DNA of 63,608 nt, counting the filler, from Tricharina praecox (Eukaryota), in assembly GCF_024521635.1 (NCBI RefSeq). It is 3 parts of 3 records of this genome, joined end to end, with 100 filler letters (N's around TTAATTAATTAA, not from the genome) between each part and the next. Parts side by side here need not be neighbours in the genome. Positions count along the whole stretch, not along the records: positions 1 to 28,788 come from NW_026250468.1; 2 more parts are not named here. One strand, given 5' to 3'. How positions within the stretch are numbered: the first letter of the stretch is position 1; every line of letters begins with the position of its first letter. Both the position numbers and the translations under genes were made by a program. The notes under the pieces were generated by a model. It was not told where the DNA came from. It did no database searches and was given only the letters and a program-made list of their open reading frames with translations. Shown piece by piece: positions 13,180-25,693 of this stretch.

Positions 13180-14658
13180 TTACCGCCCAACAGTTCCCCA
13201 CCAGCCCAGACCGGCCACTCCTCCACCCAAAATCGCAGCCGCCGGCGCGACACCGTACCACTCAACAACCGTGTACGTCGTCGCCGCAACCACCAGCCAC
13301 CAGGGCTCCTTCGCCAAACTGATGCCGGAGCTTTCCGCAGCCGTCAGGTAGCCGATCTCCCACAGCCGGTACACGGCGGTGAAGACCAACCCTACGGCGG
13401 CGGCATGAATACCTCTTAACACGCTGACAACAGTGCGCCTCTTGCGCAGAACGCTCCACAAGCTCTGGAAGCCCACCGATAGCGCAATTCCCGGGAAGAA
13501 GATGCCGAGAAAGCCGATCACTGCACCCAGAGTCGTCGACGATTTCGAAAGCGTGAGTCCTCCGAGGTAGACGGCGAAGTTGAAGTTTGGTCCCGGGAAT
13601 GCCTGGATCAGCGCGAGTCCGAGAAGGAAGTCACGGGGCGACACCCAGCCAGGCTCGACCACGTATTCGCGGAGAAGAGGAATCACGACGGGTCCTCCGC
13701 CGAAGATGACGGTACCCGCGAGGTACATGTTGTTGAAGAGGGCCAGCGGCAGAGGTACGTCCTTGAGAACTCCGCGGATGACCATGAGCGTGATGAACGA
13801 GACGAAGAACCCGACGATGATGAGGATACCCCACTTGACGGGGACACCATGCTTCGGCATGGTTACCGCCGGAAGGATGTTCTGCTCCTCCTCCTGGGAG
13901 CCGCCGTGAGTCGATGGCGCGGATGTCTGCCGGCGCTGAGTTGTCGATGCGCTGTCTGCCAGGTCCACAGGGACAGAGATATTCTCCTCGACTTCCCTCG
14001 GCTCCGACTTCCGCCGCTTCATTTTCTCCTTGATGCCCTGCACCTTGGTCTTCATCCAGCAATCCCAAGCCAGCGTCGCCGCGCCTCCGATCAAAATCAG
14101 AACCGGGAAGTACCAAAGCGCATTGTAACACAGTCCCGCACAGCCTCCGAACACAACGAGGGCCCTGGTCAGCCTATCGGTGATAGCCTTCTTGGCGAGC
14201 TGCACAGCCGCCAACGCGATGATTCCGACGGTCGCCGCATTGAGACCCGAGAGCAGCGCGTACACGGGGTCCGGTAGAATCTCGCCAACACGCTGGATTC
14301 CCAGGGCGAGTCCGAACATGCCCAGTGCGCCGGGGAGCGACCAGATGAAGAACACGACGAGGGCGGGGAGAAAGCCCGCGTGGATGTGCGCGATGCTGAA
14401 GGCCATCTTTGTCGATGCGGGGCCGGGGAGTGCTTGGCAGATGGCGAACAGCTCCTGGTAGGTTTGTTCGTCGATCCACGGTGTCTTTCCCATACCGTCG
14501 ACGAAGCGGCGGTGGAGAATCTGGAAGTGAACGGGAGGTCCGCCGAACGACGTGAAGCCGAGATCCCAAGTGCGAAGGAACACATCTCGGAGGCGAGGAA
14601 ACAGCTTCGTCTCAGCGCCGGCTCTGCTGCCGGCGGAAAACATGGCGGACAGTGACAT
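13180..14658 (-). CDS. chrA: Long-chain chromate ion transporter (CHR family), 492 aa, intronless
   Basis: Two CHR halves: FTSFGGPPVH...FV...W plus ALPGP, and VIFGGGPVV...VV..GW plus AFPGPNFN; many hydrophobic helices. Confidence 0.93.
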   Translation of the reverse strand: MSLSAMFSAGSRAGAETKLFPRLRDVFLRTWDLGFTSFGGPPVHFQILHRRFVDGMGKTPWIDEQTYQELFAICQALPGPASTKMAFSIAHIHAGFLPALVVFFIWSLPGALGMFGLALGIQRVGEILPDPVYALLSGLNAATVGIIALAAVQLAKKAITDRLTRALVVFGGCAGLCYNALWYFPVLILIGGAATLAWDCWMKTKVQGIKEKMKRRKSEPREVEENISVPVDLADSASTTQRRQTSAPSTHGGSQEEEQNILPAVTMPKHGVPVKWGILIIVGFFVSFITLMVIRGVLKDVPLPLALFNNMYLAGTVIFGGGPVVIPLLREYVVEPGWVSPRDFLLGLALIQAFPGPNFNFAVYLGGLTLSKSSTTLGAVIGFLGIFFPGIALSVGFQSLWSVLRKRRTVVSVLRGIHAAAVGLVFTAVYRLWEIGYLTAAESSGISLAKEPWWLVVAATTYTVVEWYGVAPAAAILGGGVAGLGWWGTVGR

Positions 14659-17600
14659 TGCGAAGTCGAAGTCGAGGTCGATAGGTGAGTATGAGATGGG
14701 ACGTTGAGAAGGAAGGAACAGTCGCGATACCTACATATATGTAGTGTCGGAAGCGCAGGCTAGCAGATGGCGCGAAATCACAGAATTCGGGTAGCAAATG
14801 GGGTGCCAGAATCCATCAACGTGCGACAGGGAAGAGCTTAATTTTCAAGCGAAAAGGGCAATTCCGGCGTTTGACGCGGCTTGGCTCTGGCAGCATGGGA
14901 TCGCGGGCTCCACAGTGCGCTGCTGAGGAGCACGCTACAATTCAAAGCGGCAACTACTGACTTACATACATAACTGGTTTTCCTGCGAGGTCGGGTACCT
15001 TGCTAGCTTTTGACAGCTTAAACCCACCGCGAAGGTTCCAGGACTTCCAGCCTAACATCTGCTAGCAAAGTGGTCACTGCCCAGTTCCTATTGGCTGCAG
15101 GGTTTTCTCAGGCCAGGGGAGCTGCGTCGGGTAGCGAGGGCTGCCCATCTTCAATATCAAAATCCGCCGACATCGCGATGAGGGCCAAAAGCACGAAAAA
15201 CAACATTACCAGGGGTTTTCCGGACAACAAGGAGTTTTTGGAAAGTGCGGACTTGCATTCCAGCAGAAACCGCCATTACAAACCAGCCGGAAGGTTCTTC
15301 ACGTTTACTGCTCGTCTTCGGCTCACAATGAAGCTTCGAAACTTCATGCTATGTATCCAGTCCAATCTCATTTCCAGAAAGATCATCCGTTCGGTGGTAA
15401 TCGAAGCACGCTTACCAGTTACTTGGCAGGTCTACACATACCGTAGGTCTGTAGCTAGCAGCTCTGTCGACTCATCATGAGTCTTTCTGAATACAGTACG
15501 TACGATGACGGCTTAGGCCAGGCGCCAGCCCCTTAAACGGCGACATAGTACGTGGGCTGGCTTTGTTGACATGAAGACTTTGCCCTGAGCTTGTATGATT
15601 CGGGCCGAGTTCGGGAGTGGGACGCATACGGTTTCTTCCGTTCAATCGTCATCTTACGGTATCAGATCATGGCAGCTGCAACCCGATTCCGCGGGGGGGC
15701 TCATATGTAACGGGTGATAGTTTGAGGCGTCGCGAGTGATGGGATATCTAGGGCCTGGGTACGGAATTTGAATGTACATACCAGCCACGGGAGGAGGGTG
15801 GGGCACGTGCTCCGGACTCCGGAGCATAACCTCCACTCTAAATACCGATAACCGTGCCATGATGTTTCTCTCGATGGCATATGACGTATTGTCGTCAGCT
15901 CTTGGTGCTGGTGTTGTCCCTAAGCCGTAATACCATATTCCCACAGCTTTTGTGGTATGTATCTTGCCATACTTATCATATGGCCTAATCACGGGCAAGG
16001 CTGGACAACAAATCCACCTCTACGCTCTACAGTGGTCGCATATGCCCCGAATCACATAGCGAGGGGGTCAACATGCGGATGGTGCCTGGGGTTGCTACAA
16101 AGATAGCAAGCTCATGGGCGCAAAAGTGAGCGAGAAACCACTGCCATCTCGGGGATAAATTATCTTCCGCTCGGAAGACCACGGGTGCTGCAATAGCACC
16201 GGTACACCAGATATACACCAAGCGGAACATGAGAGGGAGGCTGGTATGTATGTGCACCCGTTCATGAGTCATGAGATGCGGCCGCAATAGCAATCCCGGT
16301 CTGGGTATTAGACAGTTGAAAGAGGAAGACGAGAATCCTTAGATTACGCGCAGCGGGCTGGACCAGCGCACCGGTTATGCCTACACACGATCCGCTCTCG
16401 AGTTGAACCATTCTTCATGAGCGGATTCAGATCGATGGTTGGTGCGAAACGACGGCCAAACTCGCCCGGACGACTGTTGTCAATTTGATGGTCGACACCG
16501 TGGCGGTCATAAACGAGAATTCTACTGGTCGTCATCCGTCGATTCCATTGAAGGGATGCTGAGGCGGCGGCAACGAGTGAGGGAATATCTCCCACGCTGT
16601 GGCTTCCGAGCAAGAAGAGGACTCCTACAGGTTCCACCGATCATCACCCGCCCTTAAAGGGAGCAGATGCCCAACGCCATACTGTTGTTCTCATTCCACG
16701 CCCCGAGTCTATCCGAAGGGAAGCTTGTGTGGTGGGGCGAGAGGAGGACCTGTCGGCGAGAGGAGGAAGTGAAGGAGGACCTGTCGGCGGGAGAAAACGA
16801 ATGTGGTTAGTAGTGCAGACCAACGTTGGTGGGAATCAACGTTGGCGGCCATGGCGAGGTCGTTTTCTTCATCTCCTTCTTCTTCTCTCTCGATCATCAT
16901 CTACCGAATAGACAATCAACCTCCATACCTCCTCTTTCTTCTGTGTGTGCTCTCCTCTCGATCCCGCCTCCGGCCTGGAGGGTGTTGGCAAAAGAGCCGT
17001 CTGCAAAACTGCACTCGAGTCACACGTACATACAGCATTCGAAATCTACCCTACTACCTCCCGGATACTTCTGTGGGTGGGAGGGTGGCTATTGAGGCCC
17101 GCTTTGCACCTACCATCATGATGGTTCGCCGGTCACCACTAAGGCCCACACCGAGAATTTGAAGTATCACTTCCACCAAGTCTTCTCCGACGTTGATTAG
17201 GTATCGGTGTGTTCGTAGCTGTTGATTCTCTCGACACTCTTCATTCCAACACTGATCACGGTTGACGGAGAACTAGATGTGCGAGATCACTGTCGGCTCA
17301 TTGGTATGAGTAGAGTATGTACCAATCTCATGCAGACTCGCTTCGAAACCGAAGAAGCAACCCCGAGAGAGTCGTTCATCGAGTCATCGATGTCAGCATC
17401 CAATCCCTTTCGACCATCAACCCTGAATTCGTGTCACTACTCGTATGTAGCACCGAATCTCAGCATCCTCAGCCCCGTGTTGAGTCCGTCTGAATCGTTG
17501 CTGCAAGCCTGCAACCGCCTTGGATTCGGAGGGTTACACCCACACACCATACACAGAGCATTCCCACTGGCCACCCCTTTAATTTTGCCACCACCAACCT

Positions 17601-18466
17601 CTCGCAGTCCAGAACGTGAATTTGTACCACCAACGCACGTCCCGCTTCGTGTTCAGCCCTGAGCTCTAAGCCCAGCCCGACTCGCGATTCGCCCTGTGTC
17701 ACAGCTGCAGCCTCTGAGCGTGTGCAACAGAGGCTACTGATTGCTGCTGTGCTGGCACTGCTCCCACACCCCCGTTGTGGTACAAGGGAGCCGAGGAGGG
17801 TGTAACAGTGTTGCAAACGTGTTGTACGAATGGTCTTTATGCGGTGGCCGCTCGCAGCCATTTCCAGGGACCAGGGGAAGGGGGGAAGCATAACTGGGGG
17901 GTTTCGAACGGTGGTTCTTTACAGTCGAGTGAAACTTGCAGAGACCAACTATCCAGCAAAGAGTGCACGCGGGGGGACGAGATTCGTTCCTCGGAGCGTC
18001 GATTGCATCACTCGATCGAAGGAGGATTTCTTCGTCACTTCGTGCCCTTGGTTGCAACTTGCAACTTGCACCCGGAATCACCCACTGGGGCGGCGTCTGT
18101 CGGACCCGAGTACCAGGTGCACGTATGATGGTTCATTTCCCCGCCCAACGCAGGCATGTCAGGCACTTATCTACTGGAGTGCACCACCTGAGACTGCTAG
18201 AGCCCTGCACTTAACTGCGAGACCCTGTGTTCAGTTTGCACGCGCGAGCCAATCCACAGCTGACTGGCACTGGCCGCAGGGCATGATTGGACCGTATCCG
18301 AAAGAGTCAATTTTTTGGCTCCCTTCCTCCTCGCTAACCCGCACCCAGGTGTACTCTAGGTATTCTTGGACCCGGGCTTGCCTTCGTGGATCAGCCCAAG
18401 ATGCAATGCACCGAAGAGACAAACAGGAGGAGGGCGGAGAGGAGACGGGAGGAGAAGCTGGATGAA

Positions 18467-18473
18467 TATAAAA
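18467..18473 (+). promoter_or_regulatory. Putative TATA box of the MARVEL gene
   Basis: TATAAAA about 140 nt upstream of ATG 18610. Confidence 0.45.
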
Positions 18474-18609
18474 GCAGTATCCTTCCAACAAGTCCATATA
18501 ACAGTTCAGCAAGCCAACGAACACATCCAGACAATCCAGCAAGCAAGCCTCCTCACAGCCGGTGGCTCGTCTATAATCTTCCTCTCCGTACATACCTCTT
18601 CCCGCCACG

Positions 18610-19299
18610 ATGCAGTCCCCCAACGCGCCGGAGCACCCGGCGCACATCGTCCGCATCCCACACTTCCTCTTCATCATGCGGCTGGTGCAAATTTTCCTGA
18701 GCGTGGTGATCCTGGCGCTGATGGCCTTCGCCATAACCCAACTGACCAACGTCTTCGGCACCTTCGGCTACAACATCTTCTGCTGCATCTACAACTTCAT
18801 CGGTGTCGGCTACCTCCTCGTCAGCGTGGCCCGTGCCCCGCGGATATGGAACTGTTGGGCCGCCCTGGTCATCGATATCTTCGGCGTGATATTCTGGATC
18901 TCCGCGTGGGGTTCCCTCGCCGGCTGGGCTGCCCTCGGGAATATCGCCTACGATTCCAGTGCGCTGGATCTGTGCCGCCACTATTCGAAGACCGACCAGA
19001 GGAAGTGTAATGGACGCAAGGGAGCGTGGCAGGCGAGCGCGGCGACGGCTGGATTGGGCGCGATTGTTTGGTAGCTCTTCACCTCCCTCCCCGGTACTCT
19101 CTACTGCTACTGGAATAGCTACTGATGGGATCATAGGGTTCTCTTTGTGGTCCACTTGATCGTCTACTCCATCCATCTCCACCGCCACCGCACCGCGCCT
19201 GAGACTAAGCATCTGCCTTCTTCCGGCCGTGCGCTGACCGAGGAGGAGAAGGGCGCCGAGATGAATGTGGTTTCGCCCCAAGGGGTTTACTCCGCCTAG
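18610..19299 (+). CDS. MARVEL-like four-helix membrane protein, ~207 aa; exons 18610-19070, 19137-19299
   Basis: RLVQIFLSVVILAL...DIFGVIFWISAW...AATAGLGAIV-W-VLFVVHL; a 66-nt GT..CTGAT..TAG intron splits the Trp codon. Confidence 0.82.
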
Positions 19300-21861
19300 T
19301 TTAATGATGATACTGGAGGATGGTGCTGTGAGGAGGGCGGCAGCGGTGGTGGTGGTTATGTTACCAAATGTCTTTTGTTTTCAACTTTTTCTTTGTGACA
19401 TACTCGGAATAATCCGATGGCGGGTAGGTTATTTGGAAGGGCGTGGCAGCAGACGATGATGTCAAATCCATAGATACCACGAGTTTATGTTCGCACAAGT
19501 TCTTCCCATGAATAGGTTTCCGTTTCGTGCGACTGCGATCTGGGTTCTGTCGGACACTGCTGTCTCATTTTCACAACGGAACGGAGGGATACATACCTGG
19601 TAGTTACCGCGGAACTCTCCGGGCGACCCAACAACCACAATATCCGAGCGCGTATGCGGTACATACCGGTACTCTATGTAGAAGGTACCGTATCTACCGA
19701 GCTGAAAGGCGATGAAACGATCCTCCTCCTGCTCCTGCTCCTCTCCTCCTCCATGTTCATCAGCTACACACATGTGACATAGGTACCTGCATACCACCTC
19801 CCGCATCGCGACTGAAATCACACTGGTCCCCTAACTACCGCATCCGTCATCGATAAGCGGCAACCACCTGCGCAACATCGAGAAAACACACCGGTACCGT
19901 TGAAATTCCGACTGGTCGAATGCACGCAGGTGCTGGTACTGGTTTCGTCGGCTCAGCCCTCGGGGGGGGGGGGTTGCAGACAAGAGCTGAGCAATGAGCA
20001 CCGATACCTACTCTACTATATAGTACCGGTAAGCTGGAGCCGCAGCCCATCACGGCAGCCTGCGGAAGCCTGCGGGAGCCTGAAGGGTGCAGTGTTAAGC
20101 GAGCGGTGAGGGGCGGGGTGGGGGCGTTTTAAAGGGATCGACGGCTGCGTCTGTGTCACTGCGTGGGGCGAACTTTGAATGAATGTCTTTACCGAACAAA
20201 GTGCCGCACTGCCGCCCTCGAGGCGACGAGGCGACGAGGCGTGCCACCGTCGGTAAGAGTAGGATGGGCTTTCGGAATGGATGGGAAACTGGTATGCTCA
20301 TCCTCCACCACCACCACAATGCCACGGCTCCGACGGCGTTGGTGGAAACGGGAGTGGTGGTGGTGGTGGCGGTGGTGGTAATGATGTTCCCATTTCAACT
20401 TTGTGTACGCCAAACTCGGGATTCCACGTCATGCACCCACTGAATTTTTCCATTCCACACGACGTGGTGGAAGTAAGGTTTCCTGGTCTGATCGAGGTTG
20501 CTTGCGTTTTCAAGACGCGCCATGGTCAGAGGGAGTGAATGCACAGGTACTCTACTTAAATACTTCAGTAGGTGAGATGTAGAGATGGTGGGGCAACCCT
20601 ATACCAGGGCCGATACCTAAGCCCTTGTATAGGTCCTGCAGGCTACCACGGCCCGCTCACGTTCGGTTCCACGCTCAAGTCACGCGAGACGAGGTTCCAT
20701 AGGTACCTGTTGTGACGGCCAGCTTTCATCTCAAATTTCTTACACATGTCTGTACTACGGTACTCGCCTCCCGAGTCCCACCAGAGTTCCGGACCAGACC
20801 GAGACGCACACCCTCGATCACTCGCCTGGGATCTCTTATCCGGCCGGGAACCCAGGTATCTAGTTAACTAGCGCGTTCGCCAGTCTCCACGGACCCAACA
20901 GGCCATGCTGCCGAAGCATGATGGCATTCTGCCATCCACAGCGGCGCAGCATTCCAGTCAGAACCAGTCCGCGAATCGGTGACCGGTGACCGGTAACCAC
21001 CGTGGTAAGACATCTGACATTTTCGGGTCCTGTCTCATCTCATGATTCTCATCTATGATCTCCTCCTTTCACTTGCAAAATTCAGGGCATGATGGCACGG
21101 GAATGTCCCTGCTGACTACCTACCCACGACTCAGAGCATGCAACTCCGAGTCTCTGGCGCTCTGAATTCGAAACCGCCGGGCCGGGTCTGTAGAGTAGTT
21201 GCGCGTTTCACTGGAGGCTTGTACATGAGCACTTGCCCTAGCATTCCGGAATGGGCGAGGCAGTAGGCTCCCGACCGGGAAGCGGGGTTGGCGGGGGATG
21301 GGGGAGGGGTTTTTTTATCTTCGGCAGCCGGCAGCAGCTGACACTCGCTAAGAACCGCGAGCCTGCGTTTCCGATGTTGGGGTTGAGCCGTTGGGTTGGG
21401 GTTCCCGTCCGGGCTCCGACTTGCTGGGTTGACGGGTGCGGATTGTCAGCCCGCCGGGGTGGTTGTTTGGGCCGTAAATTGTAGGAGTCCCGGGGGCCCA
21501 GGGGTTCCCAAACCATGGTTCATCCTGTGCTTACATACTTACACACGGGTGAGCCCTGTCGTGGGGCAGAGAGTTTCATCGGCTGGAATGTGCCTTGCGA
21601 ATATCTGGCTCGGTTCTTGAAGCTTCAGTTGGAAGTTTTGGAGGCGGGTATTACCTAGAGTGTGTACGTGCGATGATGGTGGCGGACCTTGGAGAGCACA
21701 ATTGGTACCGAATACTGTGGCTCTGACGCACCGTGAACCGCTGATACTCAACAATAGGTAGACAATAGTTGAATACTGTTCCTAACGTTGTACGAAAACA
21801 CATCAAGTGCTTGTATAATACACAGTATAAAACATACATACATAAGAAACATCACAAATAT

Positions 21862-21950
21862 ATATCCACCGGCCACATACCCACCGTCCACATATCCACC
21901 GTTCACATATCCACCGTCCACATATCCACTGTCCACCTATCCACCGTCCA
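21862..21950. repeat. 15-bp tandem repeat (ATATCCACCGTCCAC) x~6 in the GH16 3' UTR
   Basis: Read directly; begins about 9 nt after the stop codon. Confidence 0.9.
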
Positions 21951-21958
21951 AATATTCC

Positions 21959-22956
21959 TCACGAGCTCCAAACCTTCACACTGTTGATCCTCCAATACGC
22001 CTCCGAAAACGCCGCAGGGTTGTTCCTAACCCACTCTGCGCAGGTACTGGCCTTAGCCTGACACTGGCTACTATTACCCCACACGCTCCCCGCCCAATCT
22101 CCACAGAACGTCGTATTGATGATGATCCTGTGGTTCATAAACTTCTCGTCGATATTGCAGTCTCCCTGGAAGACGGCGACCGGAGTGCCCCAGTTCTCAG
22201 GCGCCGGGTTGGGAGTGAACATATCGGCGGGAGCCTGACCACGCGGGAAGAACCACACCTTGATGAAAGCGCTGTTCCACTCAGTGGCGAAGAGTCCGCC
22301 GCCGATGTTGTTGAACCCGGTGCCGTACGACATCGTGCGGGGATCGGAGAACACGCAGCCCTGGTTGGAGGCTTGGCCGGCGGCGTTGACGTCGCAGTTC
22401 TTGGTGAGCATGTTTCCGGTGCCGCCGCCGCCGTTCATGACGCAGCCGGGGGTGGTGTGCAGCGCCATGCTGTTCGTCGTGGCATCGTTGACGCCCTCGA
22501 CGATGTCGATTTCGCCGGCCTGCGGCCAGTCGGCGGTCGAGCCGAGAGTCCAGAATGCTGGCCAGGTGCCGCAGCCGGCCGGCATGTGCGCGGCGTCGAG
22601 GATGATGAGCCCGCGCTGGAACGTCTTCTTCGATTCGAGACGAACGCTGGGGCGGCCAGCGTTCGGGTAGGCGTTGGTGGTGTCGACGCCGATGTACACG
22701 CTGGTGGGATCGGTGCGGATCAGCCCAGAGGAGCTGGCGGCTGACTGAGAGATGTAGCTGACCACGCCATTGGTGGGGTCGGCGCCCTATGAGATGTTAG
22801 CAAGGAATGCGTGTAGATGTGAGGGGGTAATAGGGGACGGACAGTGTAGAAGTTGAACTTGGTGAAGAAGTCCGATGGGGTGTAGCTCTCGGCGAGGACA
22901 GTGTAAAAGGCCGACACTGAGCGGACGAGGAGAAGGCTGCTGAGTAGGAGCTTCAT
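21959..22956 (-). CDS. Secreted GH16 endo-1,3(4)-beta-glucanase (fungal Lam16A-like), ~313 aa; exons 22956-22843, 22786-21959
   Basis: Signal peptide MKLLLSSLLLVRSVSA; 56-nt intron gives FNFYT-GADPTNG; motifs GRPSVRLES, GTWPAFW, catalytic EIDIVE, TFCGDWAG. Confidence 0.95.
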
Positions 22957-25602
22957 TATGAAGAGATCTTGCGACTATGTTTTTGTTTTTAATGGATATT
23001 GAGCTGTCTGGTGGCTTGATTTCGAATATCTACTGGAGGAAGATGCCCATCTTATACCTCGATACATCTTGACTCCTGGGTTCAACAAGGCCGTGAACGT
23101 GCCCTACCCTGTGGAAGAAACTTCTGGAGTTGGTGTCAGGATCTGGGTAAAGAGATCAAAGGCCCGGAGTTCCCGTTGCAAATCATGCTGATTCCTCTGG
23201 GTGGTGATAGCTATGGGTGGGATAACCCATGATCCGACAAAGGGTTCGATATTGCTGTCTTCTGGAACTCCGAATTCCGATGATTGATTCGGGGAGCACC
23301 GGTATGGCTTCCTCGCGATGTCTCGAGGAAAAGCAAGATCACAGGTTGGTATCGTGTGTGAAATTGATTCCTATTGCAGTTAGCAACCAATTGTAGCCAT
23401 GAGAGGGGAAGCTACTTGGATGGTTCGTGACGGGCTCGCATCCAGAAGGACAAGGAAAAGAGAGGACGAGGCGAGTGGACGAGGAGGTACGTACCGGCAT
23501 GTGATACCACTATGTGTGAGCTTAAGCCTTCAACATGACTGGGTTCCCCATGTCGCGTGGCAACCTGTCAGGTACTATCATTTGCACATGGGGACCAATC
23601 AATGAATCAGTAGGCACTATGCTCCATGGTGATGCGGGAAGGACATCCTCGCCACAGGTTCCGGAGATTAGGACCCAATAGGGCATGTGGCATGCATATC
23701 GACAGCACTGGGCCATGGTTTTGCCTACGCATGCACTTGAGTTAATACTATACATCCGCGCCATATAGGATTCCAGAGCTTTCAAGTGACACCGTCGAAA
23801 TCCAGTGCCACACATGGCTGCAACATGCGAGTCGACATGCAGCAACGATCTCACCCGGCGGTGCGGAATTTCTCCGTCACCTGGCGGTGGACGTTCCCCG
23901 CGTTCTTTAGTGGTTACGACGGTTAAAGGCGGGTTGGTGCTACGACGGCTCCCACGAGGTTGCCGATCGACAAACGGCCTTCCATGCTCGGTCTGTACTC
24001 CGTTCCACGTGTGTAGGCAGGTACTAGCACCTACACACGTTACGCGAACTTTTAAACGCACATCAGGCGGCACTCGAGGATGAGCATGTACTGTCACTCG
24101 GAGTATTGGCGCTTCTGGCCAGCACTGGCCGTTTGCACTGAATGGTGAGGAACACTTCGTCAAGCCAGCTATCTGAATTATAAATGGGATCAGAATATAT
24201 CTGGTCTACTCGTGCCAATATCCGGATAAGTCGAATACACCATGATAAAATTGAAAAACAAAACATGCGCTAAATGGTAAAACTACTTGGATATTTTGGA
24301 GAGAAACTATGGTCAGGAGGAATGGGGAGATCACCGGAGACAAATCGGCCTTGTGGCCGAGAAGTAGCCTCTAAAACCTGATATGCACGCACATTGTAAA
24401 TTATGCACTTGTATTCCCTCAAAGTCCCACGATGCATAGGCGACCTAGTCGCCGTTGTCCAGAGCCCTCCTAGGGATCGAAGTACAAACATATGGATCGT
24501 AGCCCCGTGGATCCGCCCGCCTTCAAAGTCCCCTCAATATGCATAGCAGTGCGCGTTTCATGAGTTGGAGAAGTACTCGCTGTCCACCCCGAGGTTCCCC
24601 GCACGGGTCGTGGTACTTGACCATGGTGACCACTGTCCTGCCTCAAAGGGTCATCAGCTCTCTATGTATGTACCGCAAGCGATGGCAGGTGTCGTTGTGG
24701 TCGGTCTGAATACTGTCGTCGTGATCAAAGTCCAGGTGCAAACGCCACAACGTTGACACGCGCCGCCCAGCCTTTCGTGAAGTCCACCTGCACAGTTGCG
24801 TCGCCTGTGTCTGACCAAGTGCAACGTGCGGCCGTTGAGGCCCGAGGGAAAATGCCCATGGTCTTAGGCTCGTACCGTAGTTATGCATACCCCTTACTTC
24901 GTGACCAGACACACTACATATGCCATCACTCGTTTCGATCACACACGGGGATCTATCAGGCGAATCTGATTTCAACTGCCGTGCGGGGAATCCCTTCCGA
25001 CAACTAGGAGTTCGTGCCGTGGGTCGGGTCTAACCGAGCGATCGCTGTGCGATAGTACTGTACATACGGAGTTCCGTACCTAGTGCCTCGACAGAAATTG
25101 CATAAACAGGGAGCGTTGCATAGCGTCTAAGCTTCGTGCCTCGCGAGGCAGATCGATAAGTGCACTTGCAAGGGCACGTGTATAGTGGTGGGGTAAAGCT
25201 TCGCGCGTATCTAGATGGTATTTGGAATCTGGATCAACTTCCGCTGCCGCGATCTTCTACTTCCTCATCGGCTTCGCCGGACAAGCATGACCTCGATTCA
25301 GCCTTTCGGACGTGGATTCAGTTGATGAAGTCCTCTGAAGCCGGTTCCGAGTCTCCGTACGGGCCCCGGCGGCTACGGTGGATATTGCATATGTGGATTG
25401 CTACCGTCCTAAGCGATTTTCTCTCTTTGTCTCGTCTGATCAGCGGTTGATCCGGTAAGTATTCCGCACCGTTGAACTCTAATCCGCGCCGTTGTTGCGT
25501 GATATGACCGGTACATATAGTTCCGGGTGTTTCGGTGATGCATATCTATTTCCACGTGCGGAGTGTTGGTGTTACCCAATTAACATACCTAGCGCCACCC
25601 TG

Positions 25603-25635
25603 TCGCGTCTTCCCACAATCCCACAACATCGCGTC
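25603..25635. promoter_or_regulatory. Two MCB-like TCGCGTC elements upstream of RDH54
   Basis: TCGCGTC at 25603 and 25629; CGCG-core MBF sites are typical of fungal G1/S repair genes. Function is inferred only. Confidence 0.3.
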
Positions 25636-25693
25636 TCCTTCCTTATACCACCGACCATATTGACGACACAACACTCCCGCCAATAACCTTGCG

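Noticed and set aside
15070..17662. Several 90-146 aa ORFs between chrA and the MARVEL gene
   Set aside because: No recognisable motif or consistent splice model; they may be eroded gene remnants but I cannot support a call.
21788..22744. 318-aa plus-strand ORF
   Set aside because: Antisense shadow of the GC-rich GH16 gene.
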